Below are positions 45,361 through 56,194 of a stretch of 64,000 bases of DNA, one piece after another. The position numbers and the translations under genes were made by a program. This stretch comes from Patescibacteria group bacterium (GTDB lineage: Bacteria > Patescibacteriota > Patescibacteriia > UBA10025 > JAHIVO01). The notes beneath the pieces were generated by a model. It did no database searches. It was not told the DNA's origin and saw nothing but the letters and a program-made list of their open reading frames with translations. Within the stretch, counting starts at the first letter, position 1; the number at the start of each line of letters is the position of its first letter. Where the stretch lies: assembly GCA_041650915.1 (NCBI GenBank), contig JBAZKE010000001.1:379284-443283 (forward strand). The letters run 5' to 3'.

Positions 45361-45627
45361 ATGAATAAGAATAATATTTTTTATAAATTTCAAAAGGACA
45401 AAGAATACCAACGCTACTACAAAGAAGCAAGCGATATGCTTGAAATTGCCATTCAGATCGCTGAAGCGAGGAAGAAACAAAAGATGACCCAGGTCCAGTT
45501 AGCAAAACATATCGGTATGCCCCAGAGCCAGATTGCCAGGATTGAGAGCGGTAATAGCAATACAACTGTCAGTACACTGTATAAAGTCTTAAACGCGCTT
45601 AATTTGCGTTTGAAATTGGCGAACTAA
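45361..45627 (+). CDS. XRE-family HTH antitoxin (HigA-like)
   Basis: MTQVQLAKHIGMPQSQIARIESGNSN is an XRE HTH. Immediately downstream of the toxin. Confidence 0.65.
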   Translation: MNKNNIFYKFQKDKEYQRYYKEASDMLEIAIQIAEARKKQKMTQVQLAKHIGMPQSQIARIESGNSNTTVSTLYKVLNALNLRLKLAN

Positions 45628-45734
45628 TTATTTTTTCTTTTACATTTCGCCTTAACGGGCGGTTTTTTATTTGAGATGAATATGGAAGGACGGGGCGTTT
45701 GTTTATTATGGAGAAATAATATACAATACCAAAC

Positions 45735-46034
45735 ATGACCAAGAACCCATTTCTCAATGCACTCGCAGCAGGTGCGTACATCGTACTGGTAGTTGGTATC
45801 ATGACGTACATGGGCAAACTCAATGGCGGCCAGGACCAGGAGTTTATCACGCCGCTCGCGGTACTATCGCTGTTCACGTTGTCAGCCGCGGTGATGGGGT
45901 ATCTGTTCCTATACCAGCCGTTTAAGCTGTACTTCAATAACGAAAAAGAGGCTGCAGTGAAGCTCTTCCTTAAGACAGTTGCGATTTTTGGTGTTATGAC
46001 CGCATGCATACTGGTAGTCGTGGCCGTAGCATAG
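45735..46034 (+). CDS. small membrane protein (3 TM)
   Basis: 99-aa hydrophobic ORF. Confidence 0.45.
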   Translation: MTKNPFLNALAAGAYIVLVVGIMTYMGKLNGGQDQEFITPLAVLSLFTLSAAVMGYLFLYQPFKLYFNNEKEAAVKLFLKTVAIFGVMTACILVVVAVA

Positions 46035-46134
46035 AGTACCCTTGAGATTTTGCCGAGGTTGTTTTTTTATTGGAGAAGATTCGGTTAGAAGCGGTTTTTT
46101 ATTTAAAGTAATCGTGATACAATTGTGTTACTAT

Positions 46135-46299
46135 GAATAAAATAACTCGAATAGCACTGTCCATTCTCGCGATACTGTTTGGGGCGTTTATGTTTGTGTA
46201 TGGCGGATATGACGACAGCCCGGGAGGGCAATTATTGGGATTGGTGCTGGTTATTGGCGGCATTGTGCTGATAATAAAAAGCAGGAAGAAAAAGGAAAA
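46135..46299 (+). CDS. small membrane protein (54 aa, 2 TM, Lys-rich tail)
   Basis: MNKITRIALSILAILFGAFMFVYGGYDDSPGGQLLGLVLVIGGIVLIIKSRKKKEK. Below the track cut-off. Preceded by a terminator/promoter junction motif. Confidence 0.35.
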
Positions 46300-46637
46300 A
46301 TAAGAAGCATCCAACTACCGCGATGGGATGCTGCGCATTGCCGGAGAACTGGGCGCACGTTGTTTTTTTGCCGACTGGCTTTTGTACCAGGGTACGGCGA
46401 CCAGGTGAAAGCCGAAGCCATCAACCGCTTGCCACGGGAGGTTTTCAATTTTTTCGAGCAGTTGTCTTCGCTGATTGCCAGAATCGTCGGGTAGAATTTT
46501 TAGAAACAAAAACAGGCTTCACGCATTGACAGCGCGGGGATTATTTGGTTAACTGCTTAAATCAGTTTTGTGAAACAGGCCTTTGATACTGCCAGTAAAC
46601 TGGCAAAAACCCCAAAACAAAAGAAAGGAGTGTGCCC

Positions 46638-47888
46638 ATGGCACTCAATGAACTCGATCGTTTCCTGGCGTATGCCAAAGTTGACACGCAGTCAAGAAAA
46701 GCGGCGCCGGGCGAGGAGGAACAGCACCCGAGTTCGGCCGGCCAGGCAGAACTGGCCAGCATCGTTTTCCAGGAACTCTGCGGAATCGGTGTCCCTGAAC
46801 AGCAGATCACGAGGCTCGGTGACGGTTCGCTGCTCGTGTACTTGCCGCCAACGGAAGGCTGTGAGAACAAGCCGACGGCGGCGTTCGCTGCCCATTTCGA
46901 TACCTATCCCGCGAGTTCCGGCAAGGTCAACCCCATCATACACGATTACGCCGGCGGCGATATCGTGCTGCCCAATGACGGCACCGTGATCCCGGCCGCG
47001 GATCTCGCAGGCTTCGAGGGCAGCCAGATCGTGACAGGTGACGGCACCTCGCTGCTCGGCGGGGACGACAAGGCAGGCGTTGCCGGGCTGATGGAGGCCA
47101 TCAGCCGGATCATCGGCGAGGAACTTCCGCACGGGCCGCTCTATATCTGGTTGTGTGTGGACGAGGAAATCGGGAAGGTCGGCACCGACTTCCTGCCGGA
47201 AGGAGTGCCGGACCAGTGGGATATTTTCCTGACCGTGGACGGCAAGGGAGTCGATACGGTGGATATCGGCTGTTTCAACGGCGCGGAGGCTGTCTTCACC
47301 TTTATCGGCAACGATGCCCATCCCGGCATCGACGGTGACAAGCTGAAGCCGGCGCACTTCGTGGCCGCCCGCTTCGTTTCCACAATCGCCACCTTGCAGT
47401 GCCCGTGGGATCCCGCGGACGCCGAAGACTCGTTCTACTATGCGTTCTTTTTGGGAGAACCGACTCCGGGCAGAGCCGTGGTGCAGTGCGTCCCGCGGTC
47501 GTTCGACCTCAGGGATCTGGATGGCATGGCGAAAGATCTCCGCGGTTTAGCCCAGGAAGCGGCTGATGTGTTCGAGGTCACCCTGGAGGGCGGCGAGCTG
47601 AAGGTGCTCTATGTCAGCACCGAGGAGGCTATCGCAGCCAATCCTGGCCTGATGGAGGTCGTATTTGCCGCGGTCGGGGCGAACGGCTACCCGCTGGTCA
47701 AAGAACGGGTGCGCGCCGGCACGGATGGCGCCATGCTCAACATGAAGTACCCGGACATCCCGGCGCCGAACCTCGGCACCGGCGCTCGCAATCTTCACGG
47801 CGTGCGCGAGTTCCTGGCGGTCAGGGAGTTCGAGACGGTCGTCCCGACGCTCCTGCGGATCATCGCAGGTTTCGCTGAAATGGGGTAA
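46638..47888 (+). CDS. M20 family metallopeptidase (PepT/tripeptidase-like)
   Basis: GGDDKAG metal-binding motif and M20 domain organisation. Start at the ATG at 46638 after the AAAGGAG RBS. Confidence 0.75.
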   Translation: MALNELDRFLAYAKVDTQSRKAAPGEEEQHPSSAGQAELASIVFQELCGIGVPEQQITRLGDGSLLVYLPPTEGCENKPTAAFAAHFDTYPASSGKVNPIIHDYAGGDIVLPNDGTVIPAADLAGFEGSQIVTGDGTSLLGGDDKAGVAGLMEAISRIIGEELPHGPLYIWLCVDEEIGKVGTDFLPEGVPDQWDIFLTVDGKGVDTVDIGCFNGAEAVFTFIGNDAHPGIDGDKLKPAHFVAARFVSTIATLQCPWDPADAEDSFYYAFFLGEPTPGRAVVQCVPRSFDLRDLDGMAKDLRGLAQEAADVFEVTLEGGELKVLYVSTEEAIAANPGLMEVVFAAVGANGYPLVKERVRAGTDGAMLNMKYPDIPAPNLGTGARNLHGVREFLAVREFETVVPTLLRIIAGFAEMG

Positions 47889-48083
47889 CCGCAAGCACCT
47901 TATCTCATTGGCATTCGACGGCGGATCGCGCACCAGCGCTTTCCGCCTTTTTTATCATTGACAAAAGCACGGTAATGGATTATACTCCCAAGCACTTTAA
48001 ACAAATCCTTACGCAGGATTTTTATTTTATACATTATTGTATGCACGCAGGACGCAATACCAATTCTGAAAACCAAGCGAACA

Positions 48084-49363
48084 TGCATTCCCGATCCCGG
48101 GGATTCCACGGCTTGGGGATTGCGCCGCGGATTCTTGAAGCGATTGACCGGCTGAAATTCACCGAGCCGACGCCTATTCAGGAGCGTTCCATCCCTCCGG
48201 CAATTGAGGGCAAAGATTTGATCGGCATTGCGCAGACCGGCACCGGCAAGACGCTCGCGTTCGGCATCCCCATGCTCCAGCGTTTGGCGCAGGTGAAAGG
48301 GTGCGGGCTTGTTTTGCTCCCGACCCGCGAGCTTGCGATCCAGGTCGATGAGGCGTTAACGCAGCTCGGGCGTTCGTTCGGGCTCCGCACCGCCGTTATC
48401 ATCGGCGGCGCTTCCATGCTCGTGCAGCGGCAGCACATACAGAAAAAGCCGCACGTCATCATCGCTACGCCCGGCCGGCTCCTTGACCACCTGGAACAGC
48501 GGACAGTCCGCCTGGACGGGGTGCGCGTACTGGTGCTCGACGAGGCGGATCGGATGCTCGACATGGGGTTTGCGCCCCAGATCAATAAGATCCTGGCCGC
48601 GGTCCCGCAGGATAACCGCCAAACCATGCTTTTTTCCGCGACCATGCCGCAGGCAATCGTGGCGATCGCACGGCGGCACATGAAGCTGCCGATCAGCGTT
48701 GAGATCGCCCGGTCAGGCACCACAGTCGACCAGGTGACGCAGGAAGTTTTTTTTATTGCGAAAGAGGACAAATCCCGGCTGCTGGAGGCGCTGCTGCAGC
48801 AGACGCTCGGGCCGGTGCTGGTATTCACCAGGACGAAGTACGGCGCCAAGCGCCTGGCGAGCCAGGTCCGGGCAATGGGCCATGAAGCGGCGGAAATCCA
48901 TTCGAACCGCAGCCTGGCGCAGCGCCGTGACGCGATGGACGGATTCAAGTCCGGCAAGTACCGGGTGCTCGTCGCTACGGATATTGCAGCCCGGGGCATT
49001 GACGTGACCGGCATTGAGCTCGTCGTGAATTTCGATTTGCCGATGCAGGCGGAAGACTACGTCCACCGCATCGGACGGACCGCACGTGCCGGCAAGGCCG
49101 GGCGGGCCGTGTCATTCGCCATGTTTACGGAACGGCAGGACGTCCGGGGCATTGAGCGCCTCATCCGCACCGCGCTGCCGGTCCGGCAGCTTCCGGCGCT
49201 CCCGCCGGCGCGGCACGTCCCAAAGCTGTCACGCGGCAGCAGGCCGTTTAGCGCAGGGCGGCGCCGAACTGCACCTGCAGCACGGCAGCGGCGGCCGAGC
49301 CCGCAGAACCGGGCTTACGCACGCCGCCCGCGTTCCGGTTTTTCCCGGCACCGATACCGTTAA
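48084..49363 (+). CDS. DEAD-box ATP-dependent RNA helicase with Arg-rich C-terminal tail
   Basis: Q-motif region, AQTGTGKT, VLDEADRMLDMGF, SAT, HRIGRTARAG. Confidence 0.9.
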
Positions 49364-49421
49364 GTTTCCGCCGTAGCAGGCAGTGTTGCTGCTGGATTTT
49401 TAGCTATATCGCTTTTGCGCT

Positions 49422-51206
49422 ATGGAAATAAGAAACATCGCCATCATAGCCCACGTGGATCATGGGAAAACGCTTTTGACGGATGCCATTATGCGGCAGA
49501 CCGGCATGGTTACCGATGACAGCGTGAGTATGGATTCAAACGCCCTTGAGCAGGAGCGCGGCATTACGATTTATTCGAAAAATACGTCCGTGTTTTATAA
49601 GGGCACGAAAATCAATATCGTGGACACGCCCGGGCACGCGGACTTCGGCTCGGAAGTGGAGCGGGTGCTCCGGTCGATCGACAGTGTGCTTTTGGTCGTG
49701 GATGCGCAGGAAGGCCCGATGCCGCAAACCAAGTTCGTGCTGAAAAAATCATTGGAACTCGGGCACCATCCGATTGTCGTCATCAACAAGATCGACAAAA
49801 AAGCGGCGCGGCCCGAATGGGCGCACGAAAAGGTGCTGGAATTGTTCATGGATCTCAATGCCACCGACGAGCAGCTTAATTTTACGACCGTGTACGCGGT
49901 TGCCAAGCACGGAATCGCGAAGCTCCAGCTCGAAGACCAATCGGATAACCTGACGCCGCTCTTGGACACGATACTCGCGAAAGTGCACCCGGCCGACGGG
50001 GATGCGGCGCGGCCGTTCCAGTTCCAGCCGTTCAATCTGGCATATGACAACTATTTGGGGCGCTTGGGCATCGGCAGGGTGTACGAGGGCACGGTGAAAA
50101 CCGGCGATGCCGTTTTCGTGAAAAAATCCAGCGGTGAAACGGCAAGCCATACCGTGAGCCGTTTGTTCACGTTCAAGGGCGTGGTGCGGGAGGAGGTGCA
50201 GGAAGCGAGTGCTGGTGACATAGCCATGATCGCGGGGCTGCCTGACGTGTACATCGGCGATACGGTATGCGCGGATAAGAACCAGCCGCTCCTGCCGGCT
50301 ATCAAGATCGACGAGCCGACGATTTCATTGAATTTTTTGGTGAACAATTCCCCGTTTGCAGGCAAAGACGGCAAGTACGTCACGAGCCGCCAGATCAAGG
50401 AACGCTTGCACAAGGAGCTCGAGGTCAATGTCGGGCTGAAAGTGGATTTTTCATCGAGCAAGTTTTACAAAGTGTATGGACGGGGCGAACTGCATATCGC
50501 TATCTTGCTTGAGAACATGCGGCGCGACGGTTTTGAACTGCAGGTATCCCAGCCGCACGCGATTATAAAAGAGATCAATGGGGTGAAGCACGAGCCGTTC
50601 GAAGAGGTGACGATCGACATTAAAGAGGCGTATACCGGCACGACTATCGAGAAGATGGCGCGGCGCAAAGGCCGCCTCATGGAGATGCGGCCGGAGCAGG
50701 CGCACTCCCGGCTCGTGTACGAGATTCCGACGCGCGGGCTATTGGGGTACCGCAGCGAATTCATCGTGGACACGCGCGGCGAGGGGATCCTGTGTTCACG
50801 CTTCATAGGATTCCGGCCGTATGCCGGGGACATCGACCAGCGCACCGAGGGATCCATGGTATCGGGTGAAACCGGCAAGGTATTGTCGTATTCGCTCGCG
50901 AACCTGCAGACGCGGGGGACGCTGTACGTCGAGCCGAACGTGGAAGTGTACGAGGGGCAGGTTATCGGCAGTACCGCAAAAGGCAAGGACATGACGGTCA
51001 ACCCGATCAAGGGAAAGCATTTGACGAACATGCGCGCCTCGAATGCGGACCTGGCTATCCAGCTCACGCCGGCGATGCCGGTCACCCTTGAGCGCGGGCT
51101 GGAGCTTGTTGCCGAGGACGAGTATTTGGAAATTACGCCCCGGAGCGTCCGGTTGCGCAAGCAGTTTTTGACGCAGATCGACCGCGTGCGCGCGCGGCGG
51201 GAGTAG
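49422..51206 (+). CDS. typA: translational GTPase TypA/BipA
   Basis: AHVDHGKT G1, DTPGHADF G3, NKIDK G4, 594 aa with the BipA-type C-terminal domain. Confidence 0.9.
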   Translation: MEIRNIAIIAHVDHGKTLLTDAIMRQTGMVTDDSVSMDSNALEQERGITIYSKNTSVFYKGTKINIVDTPGHADFGSEVERVLRSIDSVLLVVDAQEGPMPQTKFVLKKSLELGHHPIVVINKIDKKAARPEWAHEKVLELFMDLNATDEQLNFTTVYAVAKHGIAKLQLEDQSDNLTPLLDTILAKVHPADGDAARPFQFQPFNLAYDNYLGRLGIGRVYEGTVKTGDAVFVKKSSGETASHTVSRLFTFKGVVREEVQEASAGDIAMIAGLPDVYIGDTVCADKNQPLLPAIKIDEPTISLNFLVNNSPFAGKDGKYVTSRQIKERLHKELEVNVGLKVDFSSSKFYKVYGRGELHIAILLENMRRDGFELQVSQPHAIIKEINGVKHEPFEEVTIDIKEAYTGTTIEKMARRKGRLMEMRPEQAHSRLVYEIPTRGLLGYRSEFIVDTRGEGILCSRFIGFRPYAGDIDQRTEGSMVSGETGKVLSYSLANLQTRGTLYVEPNVEVYEGQVIGSTAKGKDMTVNPIKGKHLTNMRASNADLAIQLTPAMPVTLERGLELVAEDEYLEITPRSVRLRKQFLTQIDRVRARRE

Positions 51207-51577
51207 CACATTGTAAGGCAGCGGTTTGGCCGCAGCTGTGCGCATAGGAACTCGTTGACTCTGGCATACGCATGTATTATATTGTACGTGTACCACACTG
51301 GTGGTATGCGTAGTTTAATCATGAGATGATTCTGAAAGGAGACTCTTCATGAAAAAACTCCCGATTCTGGCCTGCCAGTATCCTGGCGAGGGTGGCTAGC
51401 AATGGAGAAAAAGTTGCTTGAGCCAACCGGCGGCGGTTAATGTCGGCAGGTCCCTGATGAACGGCGTGCAGCGCTCCAACAGTACGGTTTTCCCGGAGCA
51501 GCCCACGCCGTTTTTTTATGGTACATAGCACAGACGTTCTATTTTTGCTATACTATTTTTATTAAATAGCAATACAC

Positions 51578-52075
51578 ATGGCTTTCAGAACAGGACTGCG
51601 GATCGCCCTGAAATCCGCCGCCAGCTTTCCGAGCATGGCGGTACGGTGCCTGCGCCTCCGCAGGGGCAGGATCGGCAGGATGTACGATATCAAAAATGCG
51701 AGTGCGTACTCGGTGTTCCGCGAAACGGCCAATAAAAATCCGCTCGACGGGCAGCCGACAGTGCTCGTCGTCGGCTTCAGGCTGAAGCTTGCCGGGCAGA
51801 TGAGCCTTCTCCACTGGCTGTTCCAGCGGGTGTGCATTGTTACGACTCCCTTCTGGAGCGGGCTGCCCGGATTCGGCGTCAAGCTGTGGATGGTGGATCC
51901 GGCGGGCAAGAAGTACCTCGGCGTCTACGAGTGGCACGGCACTGAACGTGCGCAGGCGTACGTGCGCTTCCTGCTGCCGGTTCTGAATTTTTTTTCTGTC
52001 CACGGCTCAGTGTGGCACCGCATGCACGAGAATACCCGGCTCGAGGCATACCTGCAGCAGGGCAGCCGCCAGTAA
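51578..52075 (+). CDS. hypothetical protein
   Basis: 165-aa ORF with no recognised motif; the start may be the internal MYDIKN. Confidence 0.4.
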   Translation: MAFRTGLRIALKSAASFPSMAVRCLRLRRGRIGRMYDIKNASAYSVFRETANKNPLDGQPTVLVVGFRLKLAGQMSLLHWLFQRVCIVTTPFWSGLPGFGVKLWMVDPAGKKYLGVYEWHGTERAQAYVRFLLPVLNFFSVHGSVWHRMHENTRLEAYLQQGSRQ

Positions 52076-52179
52076 CCGGCAAGGCCGCCGTACGGGACGC
52101 GGAGCCTGGCTCCATTGCACGCCGTCCGCAACGGGCGTACAATGATCGTGTACGAATAACTGAGTAATTATATAAAATT

Positions 52180-54762
52180 ATGGAAGCTGTACGAAGGAAC
52201 CATCCGCGATCCGTACGGGGTGGCGGTATTTTATTTGCAGTAGGGCTCGTGGCACTCGGCTTTTGTGCCGCCGGGATTGTCGCACCGGGCGAAGCGGACG
52301 CACAGAGCATCAGCTGGACGCCAAATAGTGCCGCTGGATTTGATGATGCGGCGAACGTTTACACCTATTCGCTCGTCGAGTATGGGGGCAGCCTGTACAC
52401 CGGTGCGAGCAACTTCGTGACCGGTGCTGAAATTTGGCGCTACGACGGCACGGACTGGGCACAGGTGAACGACGACGGATTCGGAAATGCAGAAAATGTT
52501 GAGGCAACAAGCCTTGCGGTGTTCGGCGGGATGCTTTATGCCGGAACGTCAAACCTCACGACCGGTATTGAAATTTGGCGCTACGACGGCACGGACTGGG
52601 CACAGGTGAACGACGACGGATTCGGGGATGCCAACAACAACATGGCATACGATCTCTTCGAGTTCGATGGCAAACTGTACACCGGAGCCACCAACTACGC
52701 GACCGGCGTTGAAATGTGGGCGTATGACGGCACGGACTGGGCACAGGTGAACGACGACGGATTCGGGGACGCAGGCAATCTTTACGGGCTGGCCATGCTC
52801 GAATACGCAGGGAGCTTGTACATCGGTACGCTCAGGGAAATTGATAACGCGGGTGCCGAGCTCTGGGCGTACGATGGCACCATCTGGGCGCAGGTCGGTA
52901 CGGGGGGCTTCGGCAATGTGAATAATATCGGCTTCATGGATCTCGCGTCGTTCGACGGTGCGCTCTTTATCAGCGCCCAGAATCCAATCGAGGGAGGAGA
53001 GGTGTGGCAGTACGACGGCACGGATTTTGAGCAGGTGAGCTCCGGTGGCTTCGATGACGCGAATAATGCCAGCGTATTTTCCTTGGAAGTATACAACCAT
53101 ACCCTGTATGGAGGCACGACAAATTACGCAACCGGAACAGAACTATGGTCGTATGACGGATCCCAGTGGGAGCAGGTGAACGAGGACGGTTTTGGCCAAG
53201 CAGACAATTTTAGCGCTCCGCTGCTGACCGCCATCGGCGGCGTACTGTACGCGGGCACGGCAACGGGTGACATCGGCACCGAGATCTGGCAGGGCGAGCT
53301 GCCCGATGGCAATGGGCCCTCGGTCAGCGAACAAGTGCCGGCCAGCGGTGACAGCGGCGTCGCCGTTGATTCTACGATATCTTTTTTCCTTGATGATGCG
53401 GTATACGACGTCGATAGCACGACGCTTGACGTATCCGTTGCAGGGCAGGGTGGGATCGTTGGCGGTGAGTTTGCGGATGGCTTTTCCGGCTCGATTGCTG
53501 AGAGCGGCGTCGGCAGCTTCGACGTAACGATCGATTCCGATCATGAGTTCGCATACGGCAGCACGGTCGAGGTGGCAGTGACGGTGAGTGACGCACGGGG
53601 AAATGAGAGTACAGCCGCGTGGTCGTTCCGTGCCACGGCTGACCGCCCGTCCCTCGGGATCGTCATGTCTCCTGCGTCATCAGGCGGCCCGAACATCCGG
53701 GTCGTCGACGAGCAGGGCGCCCAGATTTCATCATTTTTCGCGTATGACCAGTCTCTCCGCATGGGGCTCGAAGTGGCGCAGGCGGATATCGACGGCGACG
53801 GCACGAATGAGATTATCGTCACTCCCGGCAGCGGAGTCGAGTCGCGGATCAAGGCGTTCGAACTTGACGGCACGGAGATCGCCTCCGCGCTCGCTTTTAA
53901 TGAGGGATTCACGGGCGGCGTGACCGTAGCGGTCGGCGATTTCGACGGTGACCTCCGCGAGGAAATCGCGGTCGCGCCGATATCCGGCGGAGGCCCGAAC
54001 ATCCGGATCTACTCGCTCAATGACGAAGGGGACGGGCTCGAGCTCGTTGACTGGTTTTTCGCGTACGATACCGCGTTCCGTGGGGGCGTCAACCTCGTAG
54101 CCGGTGACACCGATGGTGATACGGTCGATGAGATTATTACCGCACCGCGGAGCCAGGGCGGCCCCGACGTGCGCGTGTTCTCGTACAACGCGGCGTCAGG
54201 TGCATTTGAGCTCACGGCGAACGTCATGGCATACCAGTCGGCATACCACGGCGGCGTGCAGCTCGCGGCAGGCGATATCGACGGCGACGGGGCGGATGAC
54301 GTCGTTGTCTCGCCGTACCTCAACGGCGGCCCGAACATCCGCGTGTACACGATAAACGTGAGTGGTGACCTCGAGCTTCTCACCTGGGCTATGGCATACG
54401 ATGCAACGTACCGCGGCACGCTCTCCATGTCGGTCGGCGATATCGACGGCGACGGCACAGGCGAGGTCGTACTCGCGCCGAAAACACTCGGCGGCCCGAA
54501 CATACGCATCTTCCAGTATGAAAATTCGTCGCTGGCCCTCATGGACTGGTTCATGGCGTACCAGGACAACTTCCGCGGCGGCGTGAATCTGTTCGTCGCT
54601 GACGTAGACGGGGACGGCTTCGATGAGGTGATAGCCTCGCCGGCTTCGCAGGGCGGCCCAAACGTGCGCGTGTACAGCATGGATTCCAGCACGAGGGTTT
54701 TGGATTCCTGGTTTTGGGCGTTTCCTGAGGGTTTCCGCGGCGGCGTTAATTTTGGCAAGTAA
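52180..54762 (+). CDS. large secreted surface protein: N-terminal ~10x (YDGTDWxQVNDDGFG) propeller-like repeats, Ig-like middle region, C-terminal FG-GAP/VCBS-like Ca-binding repeats
   Basis: Signal/TM at the N-terminus. Repeats EIWRYDGTDWAQVNDDGFG are encoded by near-identical DNA (52431-52490, 52572-52630, 52724-52770). C-terminal D-x-D-G-D-G-x-x-E repeats alternate with GGPNIRV. Confidence 0.7.
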   Translation: MEAVRRNHPRSVRGGGILFAVGLVALGFCAAGIVAPGEADAQSISWTPNSAAGFDDAANVYTYSLVEYGGSLYTGASNFVTGAEIWRYDGTDWAQVNDDGFGNAENVEATSLAVFGGMLYAGTSNLTTGIEIWRYDGTDWAQVNDDGFGDANNNMAYDLFEFDGKLYTGATNYATGVEMWAYDGTDWAQVNDDGFGDAGNLYGLAMLEYAGSLYIGTLREIDNAGAELWAYDGTIWAQVGTGGFGNVNNIGFMDLASFDGALFISAQNPIEGGEVWQYDGTDFEQVSSGGFDDANNASVFSLEVYNHTLYGGTTNYATGTELWSYDGSQWEQVNEDGFGQADNFSAPLLTAIGGVLYAGTATGDIGTEIWQGELPDGNGPSVSEQVPASGDSGVAVDSTISFFLDDAVYDVDSTTLDVSVAGQGGIVGGEFADGFSGSIAESGVGSFDVTIDSDHEFAYGSTVEVAVTVSDARGNESTAAWSFRATADRPSLGIVMSPASSGGPNIRVVDEQGAQISSFFAYDQSLRMGLEVAQADIDGDGTNEIIVTPGSGVESRIKAFELDGTEIASALAFNEGFTGGVTVAVGDFDGDLREEIAVAPISGGGPNIRIYSLNDEGDGLELVDWFFAYDTAFRGGVNLVAGDTDGDTVDEIITAPRSQGGPDVRVFSYNAASGAFELTANVMAYQSAYHGGVQLAAGDIDGDGADDVVVSPYLNGGPNIRVYTINVSGDLELLTWAMAYDATYRGTLSMSVGDIDGDGTGEVVLAPKTLGGPNIRIFQYENSSLALMDWFMAYQDNFRGGVNLFVADVDGDGFDEVIASPASQGGPNVRVYSMDSSTRVLDSWFWAFPEGFRGGVNFGK

Positions 54763-54955
54763 GTGCAGCGCCTGCCGGCTCCTGTTACGATAAAAATAAT
54801 TTACGGCGCGCAGCCGCTCCCAGCCGGGCGGCTGCTGCTTGTAGGTTGATTTTTTGTTTCTGCGGGGGTAGGATGAAAATGCTGCAGCACGTTTATTGGT
54901 GGCCGCATGGTAACCGAGAAACGAGAATCCCGCAATATTTTTTCATATTTACTTC

Positions 54956-56194
54956 ATGAAGTACGACCTGATCGTTATCGGCGGAGGCCCTTCCGGAATG
55001 ATGGCTGCGGGACGCGCGGCAGAGAATGGCGCGAGCGTTTTATTGCTGGAGAAGCGGGAAAAGCTGGGCATCAAGCTCTCGATCACCGGCAAAGGCAGGT
55101 GCAACATTACCAATGCAGAGTTCGATCGAAGGAAGCTCGTCGGCGCCTACGGGAAAAAGGGCAGGTTTTTATTTTCCGCTCTCGCCGCCTTCGGGCCGCG
55201 GGAGGCAATTGATTTTTTTGAGGCGAGGGGGATCAAGACCAAGACAGAGAGGGGCAACAGGGTTTTTCCGGCAAGCGATGAATCCGCAGACGTTATCAGC
55301 GCGCTGCTGCGGTATCTGCATGAGCACCGGGTCGAGATCAGAACCAATGCGGCGGTGAAGTCTATCGGTTTCAAGGGCAACGGGATCGAGAAGGTAACGC
55401 TTACCGGCGGGGAGGAGTATCGCGCCGGACACTATGCCCTGTGCTCCGGTGGTCTTGCGTATCCGCAGACCGGCTCGACCGGCGATGCGTACGCGTGGCT
55501 GCGGGAGATGGGCCACACGGTTGTTGCGCCGCAACCCGCGCTCGTGCCGGTCATTACCCAGGAGCGGTTCGTGAAGGAGCTCGAGGGTTTGAGCCTCAAA
55601 AACGTCAGCGTGGGCGTTTTTCAGAACGGCAAGAAGGCGGCGTCGGAGTTCGGAGAGGCGCTCTTCACCTCCCACGGCTTGAGCGGGCCGATCGTCATTG
55701 ACATGAGTAAAGCAATCGGTGAATGCCTAAAAAAGGGGGGCACGGAGCTGCGCATTGATTTCAAGCCAGCGCTCGGGTTTCCCGAACTCGATAAGCGGAT
55801 ACGGAAAGATTTTACGGAATTCCACAACAAGCAGTACAAGAACAGCCTGCACCGTTTGCTTCCAAAGAAGTTGATTCCCGTCATCATACGGCTCTCGGGC
55901 ATTGACCCTGAAAAAAAAGTAAATGAAATTACGAAAGAGCAGAGAATGGCACTGATTCACCTGCTTAAGGAGTTTTCGCTGGCCGTTAAATCATTGGAGG
56001 GATTTGACCGGGCTATCGTGACGGCAGGCGGTGTTGACCTGCAAGAGATTGATCCGAAGACTATGCGCTCGAAAATTATCGAAAATTTATTTATCGCCGG
56101 GGAGCTCCTCGATATCGACGGCCCGACGGGCGGGTACAATCTGCAGATGGCCTGGAGCACCGGGTATTGCATTGGGCAGCATTGTGGGAAATAG
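54956..56194 (+). CDS. FAD-dependent oxidoreductase (HI0933/BaiN-like flavoprotein)
   Basis: YDLIVIGGGPSGMMAAGRAA Rossmann motif and HI0933-type length. Confidence 0.8.
   Translation: MKYDLIVIGGGPSGMMAAGRAAENGASVLLLEKREKLGIKLSITGKGRCNITNAEFDRRKLVGAYGKKGRFLFSALAAFGPREAIDFFEARGIKTKTERGNRVFPASDESADVISALLRYLHEHRVEIRTNAAVKSIGFKGNGIEKVTLTGGEEYRAGHYALCSGGLAYPQTGSTGDAYAWLREMGHTVVAPQPALVPVITQERFVKELEGLSLKNVSVGVFQNGKKAASEFGEALFTSHGLSGPIVIDMSKAIGECLKKGGTELRIDFKPALGFPELDKRIRKDFTEFHNKQYKNSLHRLLPKKLIPVIIRLSGIDPEKKVNEITKEQRMALIHLLKEFSLAVKSLEGFDRAIVTAGGVDLQEIDPKTMRSKIIENLFIAGELLDIDGPTGGYNLQMAWSTGYCIGQHCGK

Noticed and set aside
52310-54758. Many antisense and alternative-frame ORFs inside the 860-aa repeat protein
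   Set aside because: They are generated by the high-GC repetitive DNA. The plus-strand frame gives a coherent signal peptide and repeat architecture.
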